DNA from: Azolla caroliniana
Taxonomy: Eukaryota > Plantae > Polypodiophyta
Direction of reading: 5' to 3'
Assembly: GCA_043228905.1 (NCBI GenBank)
Contig: JBHGNT010000011.1
Coordinates: forward strand, 12,648,001 to 12,712,000
DNA: 64,000 nt
This document shows positions 32,990 to 44,180 of the stretch, one piece after another. Both the position numbers and the translations under genes were made by a program. Under the pieces are notes generated by a model that was not told the origin of the DNA, did no database searches, and was given only the letters and a program-made list of their open reading frames with translations. Each line of letters begins with the position of its first letter. Positions within the stretch are counted from its first letter, which is position 1.

Positions 32990-34882
32990 GTTGATCTTGA
33001 CTCGCACGTTTGGGCAGGCCCCGTGTAGTTCCTCGGTGGCGCGCGTCGCCGCCCGTATCTTCCACCCGTGCTTGGTGTTGATCGGCCATTTCCCCTTCTT
33101 GTAGAAGTCCATGGACATCAGGTTTATTTCCGAACCGTGGTCCACCAGTGCCACCACCGGTTCCTGAACATCTCCGATCTTCACCGGGGTTTCCGTGGTC
33201 GCTCGGGCCCAGTGTGGCCTCGAGTAGTGGCTCTCCGCCCACTCGTCTTCCAGCGCCATGTCCTCTATGTGCATCGTCCGCACCTCCACCGGCCTTTCCG
33301 GTTCTGCCTCTGTCGACAGCCTCTTCCTCGTCACCAAGTCTACGATGGAGTCGTGGAACTCCTTCTTGGCGATTCTGAGCACCTCCCGCAACGACAATTC
33401 CACCTTGCTGTCGAGGATTCGTTCTTCCAGGACCTTTCGTAGGTCCGTGGTCCTTTCGATCTCCGTGCCCAAATGGTATCCGCCCTTCTTGTGGTTATCC
33501 CGGGCACTGGATTCACCGGCCTGGTTCCGTTTCGGCCCGAATCGGGTTTTGTATCTCTGTGAGGATCCGGCCCCTCCGGTTTTACCTACCCATTTGTCTT
33601 CAACCAGAGCCTCGTAGTTCTGGCAAGCTGCTTCGACGAAACCCGTCTTTTCTTCGACCGGGTCACTCCACCCGGTTACCTCCTGGACCCGCTTCTCTGC
33701 GCGGTCCGCCTCGTCTTTCTTTAGTCGGGCACCGGCGAGACCTTCCAGCACCGTCGGCCAGAACCCGACTTTGCTCTCCTTCCGGGCCTCGTTGCCTCCG
33801 ACCCGAATACCGGCTGACGCTAAGTAGTGGATGGTCTCCGCGTGCCGGGCCGCCGCCTCTTCCATCAGCCTTTTCATTCCTCCTCACCCGTCGTTTCGGT
33901 TCAGGGCCCTCCAGGTATCGCTGGCGTGCACCCGACCTTCCCACAGGTACACTACCCGGCTTCTCAAAGCCTCCGTAAAGTCCCCGCAGTCTTTCCGGAT
34001 GTGGCCGACCTCGTCGCACCACATGCACCTATTTCCTGCCGGAGGCCATCGGTCACGAGCCTGATCGCCGCCTTCCCTCCAAGCCTGGGCGATCTGGAGA
34101 TCCTTTACCGCCCGTGTCAGCTCCTCCAAAGCTGTCCCCCCGGACGGGCCTCTGACCACGCCGGTCGAAGCCGAACCGGTTTCGAGCCACTCCCGGGTCT
34201 CTTCCCGTCGCGCTTGCGGTATCGGTTCGAGCTTCCTTGCTGTGACAGAACCTGCCCCAGTCGCCCCTGTATCAGCCCACTCCCACCGTTTGTCAAAACG
34301 GTCGTAGACTCTTTTTACCGCGGCCCAGTCGGTCGTCAGCCCGTCTTCGGTTTCTAGTAAGGAGCCCACTTGCTCCCGATCCCGTGCGTCAACCGATTTG
34401 ACAAACAATAGGACACGACTTGTGTCCAGAACGGTCCGATCGAGCGCCAAAAGGCGCGCAAAGCGATCCTCAAACTCCCGGAGGAGTGCCGACGCATTTC
34501 TTCCTTTGTCGGGGGACTCCACCCACTCCACGAACCCCCGCTTCGAAAGTCGAAGTGCGTCATCCAGCCCGTATTTCTCCAGGAGCCGTCCTTCGAACTC
34601 CTCCCAGGTCCGGCTCTCCGCCCGGACCTCGAGCACCTCCGCATGGATGCCCGGCATCGCCACTCCAGGGAATCCGGCAAGACGCCTCTCTTCCGGAATA
34701 TCCCTCATCAACATCTTCGCCCGGTAGGACGCCAAATAACTCGTGGCATCCTTTCCACTGAACCGGCTGATCATACCGACGATCGCCTCAATTGCCCTGT
34801 CAAGGGCGCCGGTGCCCTCGCGCGCGCTCACTATCCGGTCCATGGCCGAAGCCATGGCCTCTGCAAGATCCGACCCCCTCAT
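32990..34882 (-). pseudogene. E2 ORF1 5' part: Gag (CCHC), DUF4100-like region, aspartic protease (continues at 22874-23107)
   Basis: CMWCDEVGHIRKDC. ORFs 33884-34882 and 32924-33877 are in one frame, split by one TGA. RILDSKVELSLREVL resembles DUF4100. VVALVDHGSEINLM ... VILGE is the protease. Confidence 0.88.
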
Positions 34883-34905
34883 CTTCTACTCCTCTGTCGC
34901 CTTGT

Positions 34906-34923
34906 TTCACGTCGGGTTCACCA
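34906..34923 (-). promoter_or_regulatory. E2 primer-binding site, tRNA-Trp
   Basis: TGGTGAACCCGACGTGAA is an 18-nt complement of the plant cytosolic tRNA-Trp 3' end as I recall it (..TTCACGTCGGGTTCACCA), 5 nt from the LTR. Confidence 0.85.
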
Positions 34924-34928
34924 AAATA

Positions 34929-35571
34929 TGTCGCGTTGCTACGTGCGTGCATGGAGAAACGAGGCGGGACCACCGGGGTCTTGAACCGAAGAGCAGGTGA
35001 TAGGAGGGGAAAGAGAAAGAGAGAGACGACCGGTAACGTATGAGCAAAGAAACATAGGGACATGGCCCGTCAACGCAGACAACACGAATGGACACAGAGA
35101 CAGAGAGACACGAATGTTTGTATATTAACAAATGACACAAAACAACAGAGCACGCGAGCGGTTACAACCGACCAGGCCGGCGAACAGATGTTGATGCCTG
35201 TTCGTCTGCGCACGAAAGGGGATAGGATGGAGGTGTTGCTAGAAGCACACGGGCATTCCTCGAAGCAGTGCGAGCCTCCCGAAAACCTGCAGAGAAGAGC
35301 GATAGAGAACAAACAGAGGAGAAGCGTTCGGTTACGGTCCGACAGCACTTCGTCCTCCTCAACGCGCGATCCCTTCTCCTTGCGTTTCCCTCTCCTTTAT
35401 AGCGTCAAGAAGGGAGCCGTCTCCCTCATTTAGTTCCTACCTACCGAATCTAACTACCCAGGATATACCTATGTACCTAATTCCCTATTATATACATTAA
35501 GGGCACGCGTGAAGAGCCGGTTCACGCGCGCTATGCACCGATTGCGCTAAGGGACGGTTTTCTTCACGACA
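34929..35571 (-). repeat. E2 5' LTR
   Basis: Direct repeat of 18657-19303. Confidence 0.95.
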
Positions 35572-36400
35572 CCGTAAAGTATGGCAAGCGGGCTTATGGT
35601 GGCCAACAACGCAGAAGGACGCATCCGAGTATTGTAGAAAGTGTGATTTGTGCCAGCGGATGGGTCAGCCCGCAGAGGACGCAAGGATGCCACACCAGCC
35701 CGTATTACCGCTAGACCCCTTCCAAAAGTGGGGATTGGATTTTGTAGGGCCCTTCACACCAGCAGCGGCCCGTACCGGCAACAAATACATATTGGTAGCC
35801 ACGGATTACTGCACCAAATGGGTAGAAGCAAAGGCACTATGTGAAAATACAGCGGCCGTCACAGCCAAATTTCTTTACGAGCACATTTGGTGCCGGTTCG
35901 GCTGTTCGATTGAGCTCATCAGTGACCAGGGGAGCCACTTCCTCAATACGGTGGTTCGGGAACTAACACAACATTACGCAGTAGTCCACAAGAAGAGCAC
36001 GCCATATTACCCGCAGGCGAATGGATTAGCAGAATCCACGAACAAAACATTACAGACCATTTTGAAGAAAACCGTCAATGAAAACAGGACGGATTGGGAT
36101 ACCAAACTCCAGAGTGCGTTATGGGCGTACAAAACTAGTTACAAAACAAGCATACAGTCAACACCGTTCCGGCTAGCGTTTGGACTAGAGGCTGTGATTG
36201 ATGCCAGTCGAATTCCGGGTACCTATTTTGCGCATTCAGGTACGGAACCGATTATCAGAAGCCAAGTCAGAGGAGGAACGGCTCTACCAACTCCTCGAAC
36301 TAGGGGAAAAACCTTACCTGGGCTCAAACCTTACCTGGGCCCTACGCCACCTAACCCATTCACCGCCGAACGGGACAAAGCCGAAGAACCTGCAGTGTAA
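35572..36400 (+). pseudogene. E1 integrase core (continuation after E2), frameshifted, C-terminal GPY region deleted
   Basis: KWGLDFVGPF, ISDQGSHF, YPQANGLAESTN, nearly the same as E3 IN. Confidence 0.93.
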
Positions 36401-36550
36401 AATGGACATGCCCATTTGTACTATAATGTAAAAATAGGTTGTAAATAACCGTTACAAAAAAAAAGAAAAAAGAAAGAAAGAGAAGATAGCGACTATTAAA
36501 ACGACTAAAGGCATGCACAAACTCCTAGTTCAAGAACATGCGGCACCACG

Positions 36551-39482
36551 ATGGCTCACCGCCCAATGAACCCTAAGCCACAAAAAGAAGGAAACAGAAG
36601 ATCTTCTGCACAAAGCAGAAACCCATCTTCTAGCTATCAGTGCTCCCATCGCTCATCCTCCTCACCTTCTTCCCCATCCTATCTCAGAGCTCCAACCCAC
36701 CACAACCTCCCGTCTCCCCCCCACGAACCCACTCTGGCAATGCCGATTTTCATCTCTACTGCCCTACGCCGATGGCTCGTAGAGAAACGCCTGGATGGCT
36801 ACATCCGGGTCGTAGAAGCACCTCCGCACCCGGACGCCATGAACATCGCCAGGAAGCTTAACATAGACACAATCACCAACTCTTCCATTCGGAAGAAGTT
36901 GGACCTATCCTCACTAGGCGAAAGACATTTCGAAATACCTCCTGCAGAGGCGTTGCAGCGGTATTTTGGACCATATTCATCCTCCGCCAAGGCCTATAGA
37001 ACAAAACAGATTCCGGATCCCTTCTTCCGTGAAGTTGCCAAGTTCCTATTGGAAGTCGGCTGCATCCATGTCAACGCATACGGGATGCCTAAGCAAAAGG
37101 CGGGCATCATTATCGACACCTTTGAAGGGCGTGCAGTCGACTGGGGGGTCATCACAGGGCCGGCGTTAAGAGAAGTCTTGCATGCGTACCAAGCAGGCAA
37201 AAAGCTCAGGCCAATCATACAACAATACCTTACGGTACTGTTTCCACCCCGAGGCCTGCCAGCACCGCAGCCCAGCCAACCCACGGCCCCGCCCCGATCC
37301 GCGAAACGCAGGTTAGCGGAGTTGGCAGCCCCAGAGTGGGAGGAGGAACCCCAACCGGCCCAGCCAGACCCAAGGACAACACCTCCTACCGACCAGTCGG
37401 ACACACGGGCGACGCAGGAGGAATAGCCGAGACGCCCCATGGAAGAAGCCCCAGAACCAGACACCGAAAGACGGCGGGAAAGCCCTAGACCAAAACGGCG
37501 CAAATTGGACAGGAAAGATGGGCGGGGGTTGGTAAAAAACGCCCCCACGGCTCCGGAGGCACCAACCGAAGGCGAAGGCTCCGCAGCAACAGAACCGAAT
37601 ACCACCTTCGAAGTCATCTGGGAGCCGCGGCCGATTATTACGACTCAATCCCAACGAGGGAAAGTTGTATTGACGGCGGAAAGCGAGGTTTTGGCATATC
37701 CGGATATCCCGGATACGGCCCACGAATTCAACGCCCTCTTGCAGTTCGATACCTCTTTTGAGCTCATGGAGTTCCTGGCAACACAACAGGTCAAAGCCGC
37801 CCAACGAATGGCCGAGGAGCATGCGGAACGTCAGATGATCGAGCGCGCCCTAACACAAACAACGGAGAACGATGATGAGGACCAACTAGCCAGGGTCGGT
37901 AGACAGAGGAACGCCGGGGTACGACGAGTAGGGATGGAGATACCACCCTTAAACACGGCCCTAGTCGAAGTCCATCGGGAACTGGCAAAGGTCAGCACGG
38001 GCGCCAAGGAGATGGCCATAAAAAATAAGAATGTCTGGAAGAAGGTTAAACTGACCGAAGCCGAACTACAAAAGGCCAACGCACGCATCGCGGAGTTGGA
38101 AGCTCACGCGACTATGGCGCAACACACAACCCCGCCACCGAACCACGTCATCAACGCTCTAAAAGCAGAAATCGAGGCTCAGACCGCCATCGCCACAAAA
38201 GCAAAAAGGGCCGTGCAGCTAGCGGAATCCGAAATTGACAGTCTTCGAGCAGAACTACGCCAATCCTCCGACAAAGAAAAGGAGATACGGGCTAACGGAC
38301 GGAAGGCCGTAAAAACTCTTGAAGAGAAACTAGCTACGGAGGTAGCTCAACACATCCGGACAAAAGACGACAACGCCCAATTACGAGAGGACGCAAAGAA
38401 ATCGGAGGCGGCAATAGCGGGACTTCGGGCCTTATTAGAAAAAAAGAAGGTATGGTTCGATGAGCAGTTGGTGGTCGAACAAGACAGAAGGCATCAACTT
38501 GAAATCCGCCTAAACAATGAAATGGGGAAATTAGAAGAACAACATGCAAAGGAATCCCAGTTGTGGGCGGGCGTGAAGGCCACGTATGAGGAAGCGGCAA
38601 CCGTTAAACAGCAGGAAATCGCAAATCTCCAGAAGTCGATGGAAGACGCACACAACCGCTGCCAGGCCATCACGGATAACGTGCGCATCCTTCTCCAAAC
38701 AAACCGGGAAAGGTTCACAGCGCAATTGAAAACGGCGTTGGACAAAGGATGGATGGCGTGGGCAACCCAAGCAGCGGAATTGCACGCGTATCGACGGTCG
38801 AGGGTTTTATAAGCTAAACGAGGAGAGCATTGCGACTGTACGGGAGGACCTAGCACAAGACTATCGTGCGCTAGCAGACCAACACTCCGAAGAACTCGCA
38901 CATCTCTTAGATGATTTTAGTGAAAGTTAGGAGGAGCTATTTCACCAGATCACACAAGCCGGCAACACGCGCACAAACGAGGAATCCAGTGTGACACCAA
39001 TTCCGGTCACAACCGAAGAAGAGGAACCTCAGGCCCGATCACCAGAGATGACAACGGGGGAGAATAGCGGGGACCAATGAGCGGAATTCCCCACAGGACC
39101 AGACAACGAAACCATTACCCAACAAGAGGTCCAGCCGCACCAGCCCACACCATCTTCAGAACACGCGGAAAATAGTGCGGACCAGGCGGAATCCCCGCCC
39201 CACGCCCAGGGACACACAAAAACGGCCAACACCGCGAAGGACGTAACAATAGAGGCTGAGCTGCAGCCGACTACAAGCACGCCAACGGCGGAGCCCAACC
39301 CACTAACTCAAGAAGAGCCCACCGTACCCAGACCACCCACACACGGCGAAGGCGACTCCAGGAGAAACCAGGCCGACCAAGTAGAGGAGTCGCACCACGA
39401 TGCACTCACGAGCCCTACATCAACTCCGGACGAGGATACCACAACAGAGCCGAACATCCGGGCCATTTTGGAAGAAGATTAA
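36551..39482 (+). pseudogene. E1 3' extra ORF (homolog of the E3 extra ORF), broken by stops
   Basis: ORFs 36551-37426 and 37439-38812 share a frame. WLVEKRLDGYI, YFGPYSSSAKAYRT, MPKQKAGIII, GRAVDW align with E3. Coiled coil and WMAWATQAAEL (E3: WTKWATNAAEL). Ends ILEED* at 39482. Confidence 0.78.
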
Positions 39483-39488
39483 CGGGAT

Positions 39489-39527
39489 GGGTTCGACGTG
39501 CAAAGGCACTGTCCCACAGGCGTGCCA
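39489..39527 (+). other. E1 tRNA-3'-end-like motif at the PPT position (antisense PBS)
   Basis: GGGTTCGACGTGCAAAGGCACTGTCCCACAGGCGTGCCA-AG-LTR. No purine run. Confidence 0.85.
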
Positions 39528-39529
39528 AG

Positions 39530-39969
39530 TGTTGTCCGCCGGAATAGTAATCGACGGCCAAAAGCGTAGGAATAAGAAACTATATAAGAGCATAACGCAT
39601 GTAACGGTTCACGCAGGAAGCGTGAACGGCTAATTAGACCCTGCATATATAAAGGGCAGGAAACCTCTTATGGAGTTGCGTGTAATTTTTGGAAATGTAA
39701 AGAACGCCTGATAATAGAATTCTATCTTCTCTGAGTTTTTGTGTATAGCTGCAGCTAATTCAGTGTCGGTGTCTCGGATACTTAAGCATAGTAGTACGTA
39801 AGTGTAACCTGTGATAGGGATTCGGTTGTAGTCGTCTTCCCTTTTACGGCGAAGGAATTACAGAGGTTCTCCCCTTACGCATTACGCTTAAACCCTGTTC
39901 GTTGTTCCACACCCACCTTGGGGTCTAGGTCGAAGGACTGACCACGGACCGTGTTCCTAAATGGCAACA
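39530..39969 (+). repeat. E1 3' LTR
   Basis: Direct repeat of 13897-14324, followed by TSD GTAGC. Confidence 0.95.
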
Positions 39970-39974
39970 GTAGC

Positions 39975-40806
39975 TCAGCGTCGGTCCGTCTCCTCGAAAG
40001 TAGCTTCAAACTCCTTGCAAAAGGTTGAGAAATCTTCCAAAAGTGGTAATGTCATTTCCACCAAGGGAGCGAACCACGCCTCCACTGGTCCCGTTAGTAA
40101 CGAACCCAAGAGACCGACCTGGTGGAACCTTGTGGCATAACGACGGAGCTATAGGCGGATGATGAGGTGAATCTGATTAAGGAAGCCGTGTAGTCGTGCA
40201 TGCGTTCCATCGAACTTATCGGGAAGGCTAACCTTGGGTTCATATTAGGGTTCTTGGGATGGTGGTGGTGGGTTGAGTGTGGTGGTTGGGGTAACCGAGG
40301 ATGTGGCAGATTGAAGCTCAAGTAAAGATTGATGAAGGGTAGTGTTCTCGGCTTGGAGTTGTTCCAAAGCTGCGTGTATTTGGGGGGGTAGGCGAACAGA
40401 CGGATCAGACATGGCTTTTGATGTGTGGTTAGCGAACATGGAAGGTGAACAAACTGTTAAGGACAGAAGAATCAGAGCTACAAGGATGCAATCGACAAGC
40501 CTAAAAGCGCTACAAAGACACGATTGACAAGCAAGACATGATTGACAAGTTAAGGGCAAGTATCATTAACTGGTGTTGTTCACCTTGAATTCATTCAAGG
40601 TGAACTCAAATATTTATACTAAGCGGCATGCGCGCATGTTGTGTGCATGTGATACAATAGAGCATGTATGTATGCATGCATGTGCCAAGTGTGAATAATA
40701 CAATGGAGCAATTATGCTCATGATGCTAGCTTATAGGTACAATGAATGATATATATATGAATGTATATTGGACATGTTGGTTAACCCATAATACTCGATT
40801 ATAACA
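39975..40806 (-). mobile_element. Tcn1-like chromovirus 5' remnant (probable LTR ~40574-40806 and degenerate gag), the target of the E1 insertion
   Basis: Minus-strand peptides PPPSQEP, SLPDKFDGT, LLTGPVEAWFAPLVE..LLEDF..EFEATFEETDRR, continuing across the TSD as ATLTKI at 13879-13896. Confidence 0.75.
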
Positions 40807-41360
40807 CAAGAGGTCACAAGTTCGGATCTTGACAGTTACAATCGTCTCCCTTTCACCTTATTAGCATTAGCCGATTTTCCCTCTTCGGCCCGTTGAGCTA
40901 TCTTTGTTGATAAAAACTTGATTATAACACAAGAGGTCACAAGTTCGGATCTTGACATGATTGTTGTCATGTCTGTGACAATTGTCTCCCTTTCGCCTTA
41001 TTGGCATTAGCCGATTTTCCCTCTTCGGCCCATTGAGCTATCTTTGCTGATTCGGCTCTTATCAATCTTTTAGTCGAATTGAATTCGACTAATAAACCTC
41101 CTGCTAATTCAAATTGGGCAGGGGGGTCACTGGCTCGATCGAATCCGACTATTTGTCGAATCACAGATTCGGCCCTTCTCACGTCCGATCTGTTTAGATC
41201 AAAGGAAACCTTTTTGCCAATCTTCGGCTGGGTCTGGTTGGAGAGTGTTGAGTCTTCATTGAATATTGCATCATTGCTCCTATCAATTTCCGGCTCTCCA
41301 AATCCCATAGCCGATAGCCGAAGGCCCCATCAGTGTCGTAGCCGAGAAAAAAACACTTGA
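40797..41360 (-). mobile_element. Ty1/copia fragment (post-integrase region) with a ~120-bp tandem duplication at 40797-41052
   Basis: KCFFLGYDTDGAFGYRLWDLESRKLI/RSNDAIFNED. gattataacacaagaggtcacaagttcggatcttgaca...attagccgattttccctcttcggccc occurs twice. Confidence 0.7.
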
Positions 41361-43019
41361 GTGCATGGGGTGCCAGCTTGGTCCTTTTATCCCTAGGGAA
41401 GAAGGCTGCCCCAAATACTCGCAGCTTTGGAACAACTCCAAGCCGAGAATGCTACGCTTCATCAATCTTTACTTGAGCTTCAGTCTGAGCTCGTCTTCGT
41501 TGTTGCCATTGTCTCCCCATCGGCGCCACCCGATCCACCGGACTCGACGCTCGTCCTCGTCCTCGTCTGTTTCTTCGGTTGAAGCAGATCTCCCGAATGC
41601 CATTCCCAAACCAACCCGTCCTCCTTCATTCTCTGCGCATGACCTTCGACCGGACCCCCAACCACTCCGATCGGTTGTCTGATACCGTCCCTTATGCACC
41701 TCGTCTATGCTCATTTCGATCCGCATCCTTGCCCCGACACCACAACGTCCTGTCCTTCTTCCTTCCTCGATCGCTTCCTACCGGCATCGATCTCCTCCGA
41801 ATACGTGCTCGCCTCCAGGCCCTTACATGGCCACATTACACGTCTCTCATTTCGTCCATTATTGTGTACCCTTTCGGTAGAGTACACATTCTCCGTTATT
41901 GTGAAAGGACATCCACGTTGGGGATCTCCGCTTCGGTGTCCTCCGTAGCTTCCGACGTTGCCGCTTTGTCCTGAGGAACACCCTTACGACCCGACTGGCC
42001 CGCTTGGCCCCCAATGTCCTCTGTGATGCCCCGTTCACTTCTTCCAGTACCTTCGCTCGTTATGACCCCCAACTCCTCGCCACCACCCTCCATCTACTCG
42101 GTCTTATGTTGATCCACAACTGCCGAAGTCTCGGGATCAAGTGTGGAGGATCCCTCTTGTTCTCGGTCTTTCTCTTCAAAGCCATCGTCCCCGCTCGACC
42201 CCTTCTCTGCGTCTACCAGTTGCTCCGACCCCCAACTGGGCCGGTTCAAATTCTGTTTGGCTTGGCCATCCGGATCTCGACACAATCGGCCTTTGTCTGA
42301 ACCCGTCCTTGGCCGATCGGCCCCGATTGCCTCTCTACCCCAGTTTGACCGTTTATGCGCATGTTCGGCTGATTTTGCTCGAACAATCCATGTCCGGATC
42401 AGAATGCCGACCAAATCATCTCCCGATCGGGTGGTGCCCCAATCAACTGACATCTCCTTCAACATCAGGAGTACTTTGTTTTGCTTTTGGAGCACGACCT
42501 CAAACTCTTCTCTCTATGTCGTCGTCCCTTGCTCCTTCATCCTGCTCTGTCGTGGCTTCGTCCTTGGCCTCCTCGTAGGCCACCTCTCTTCTATGTACAC
42601 TAGCTTCGTGCCAAGTCTCCTCACCACCACCTCCCTTCTCTCCGGTCTCATGTTGGCTCACGAGCCTGACTTCCAAAGTCTCTGGAATCAGTGTGGACAA
42701 CTCTTCTCGTCCTCGGTCTTCACTAGTGTCATGCCAGGTTTCCTCGCCACCACCTCCCATCTCTCCAGTCTCACATGGGCACATGGGCCCGACTACCGAA
42801 GTCTCCAATATCGGTGTGGAGGGTACTTCTCGTCCCACTCGGGTTGGCTCCCACTTGGGTCGGGAATCCGACTGCATCGTTGTGCTTCCTAGTCGGATCA
42901 TCGGCCAAGTCGTCTCCTCGCCGGATCGGTTTCCGAATCTCCCATGGGTTCGTCTTTGGCCGCCTCGCCGGCTTCATCCTTCCTTTCTTGCATGTTGGTC
43001 TCGGGCCATGTCCTCTCGC

Positions 43020-43290
43020 GGTTTTAAGCTTAGGTCAAATTTTAAATTTTAAATTTTAAAAATTTAAAAATTTTAAAGATTTTCCTAAAATGTGAGAATA
43101 AGGCATGAAAATGAAAAGATTGTTTAAAAACAATTTTATTTTATTTTTAAATTTTAAAAAATAAAATTAAAAAAATAACCGTTAAACCGTTTACCTCGCG
43201 GTTTCTAACTGTTGAAACCGAACTGAACCGAACCGTTTAAACCGTTAAGTCGTGGTTTGGTTCGGTTCAAACCGAACCATTGCCGATTGT
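43020..43290. mobile_element. right end of an AACCG-rich TIR element, same family as 57667-58097
   Basis: taggtcaaa..ttcctaaaatgtgagaataagg..gattgtttaaaaacaatttt..aaccg repeats..ttgccgattg match 57827-58097. Confidence 0.75.
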
Positions 43291-44180
43291 TAGTTAAATG
43301 TGTGACTAGTAAAATAGTACCATGATTTTAGATGCTAATGTATCATGGTACTTTTTATGTTCATGTCACTTGTGTTTGTGTGTACGAAAAACACCTTATT
43401 GAACCACAATGGTTCTTGAGGAATTGTAAACAAGAAGTGCTAACCTTCATGCGCTAACAAGAAGTGCGAATAACCTTCATGTGCAAACAATAAGTGCAAA
43501 CCTTCACGCACTATCAATCAATTGGTGAATATAAAATATGCGATTGATGAATGAAAGATAGCAATCGGTTGGCATCAATTAACATAATGATAAACAATCA
43601 CATTTAAACAACTAATGTCTTGACTAATGAAAGGTAGTGATTGATGAATATCAACAAACAAACCGAAAATCGAGATAAGAGAAATGGAAAACATCGGGAT
43701 TGAAACAATTGCTCTAACATTTGGACGACGAGGTGCTCGAAAATCGCACTAGAGGAAGAACTAAACATCTGATGCAGCGAACCAAGAGAGGCGAACCCAT
43801 CTCTTCAGAAGAGGAGATTTCTATCTTCTTTCAAAAGTCTAGGAACATGCAAAAAACGGACACGATCACACAAAGGTCGCGGCTAATGCGGATGCCTTCC
43901 AATCTCTCTGGTCTCTGCACAGAACCTAGGGCAAGCGAGAAAAAGACTTGGTTTGTTTTGTTGCTCTATTCCATTGGACTCTCATTCTACTAGGCTTACA
44001 CATATAATATAATATATATATATATATGATTAAGCCCTTCATGATGGGGCCTATCTATGGCCCATGGGCAAGAAAGGCATCTACATACATATCTGTCTCT
44101 TCAAAACTCGAGATTTCTATCTTCCCTGAAGTCTTTACTGCTGATGCCTGTTGCTGCTGCTAGCAGGTAGTTCGACTGTA

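Larger units (their letters stand above)
18657..35571 (-). mobile_element. E2: Ty3/gypsy LTR retrotransposon with fungal-like (Ylt1/basidiomycete-type) pol, inserted in E1 integrase and interrupted by E3
   Basis: LTRs 18657-19303 and 34929-35571 (TGTCG...CGACA). 4-bp TSD CCGT (18653-18656, 35572-35575), and removing it restores E1 IN ...NVTARKVWQ. PBS-Trp and G-rich PPT present. Confidence 0.95.
13897..39969 (+). mobile_element. E1: full-length non-chromoviral Ty3/gypsy LTR retrotransposon (degenerate), interrupted by E2
   Basis: TG..CA LTRs 13897-14324 and 39530-39969 (about 10 substitutions and a 12-bp indel by eye). 5-bp TSD GTAGC at 13892-13896 and 39970-39974. Order is gag-PR-RT-RH-IN plus a 3' extra ORF. 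Confidence 0.95.

Noticed and set aside
16199-35433. Many antisense and overlapping ORFs (e.g. 16199-16963, 22153-22977, 29471-30046) and LTR-internal ORFs
   Set aside because: Shadow frames of GC-rich retroelement sequence with no recognisable domains.
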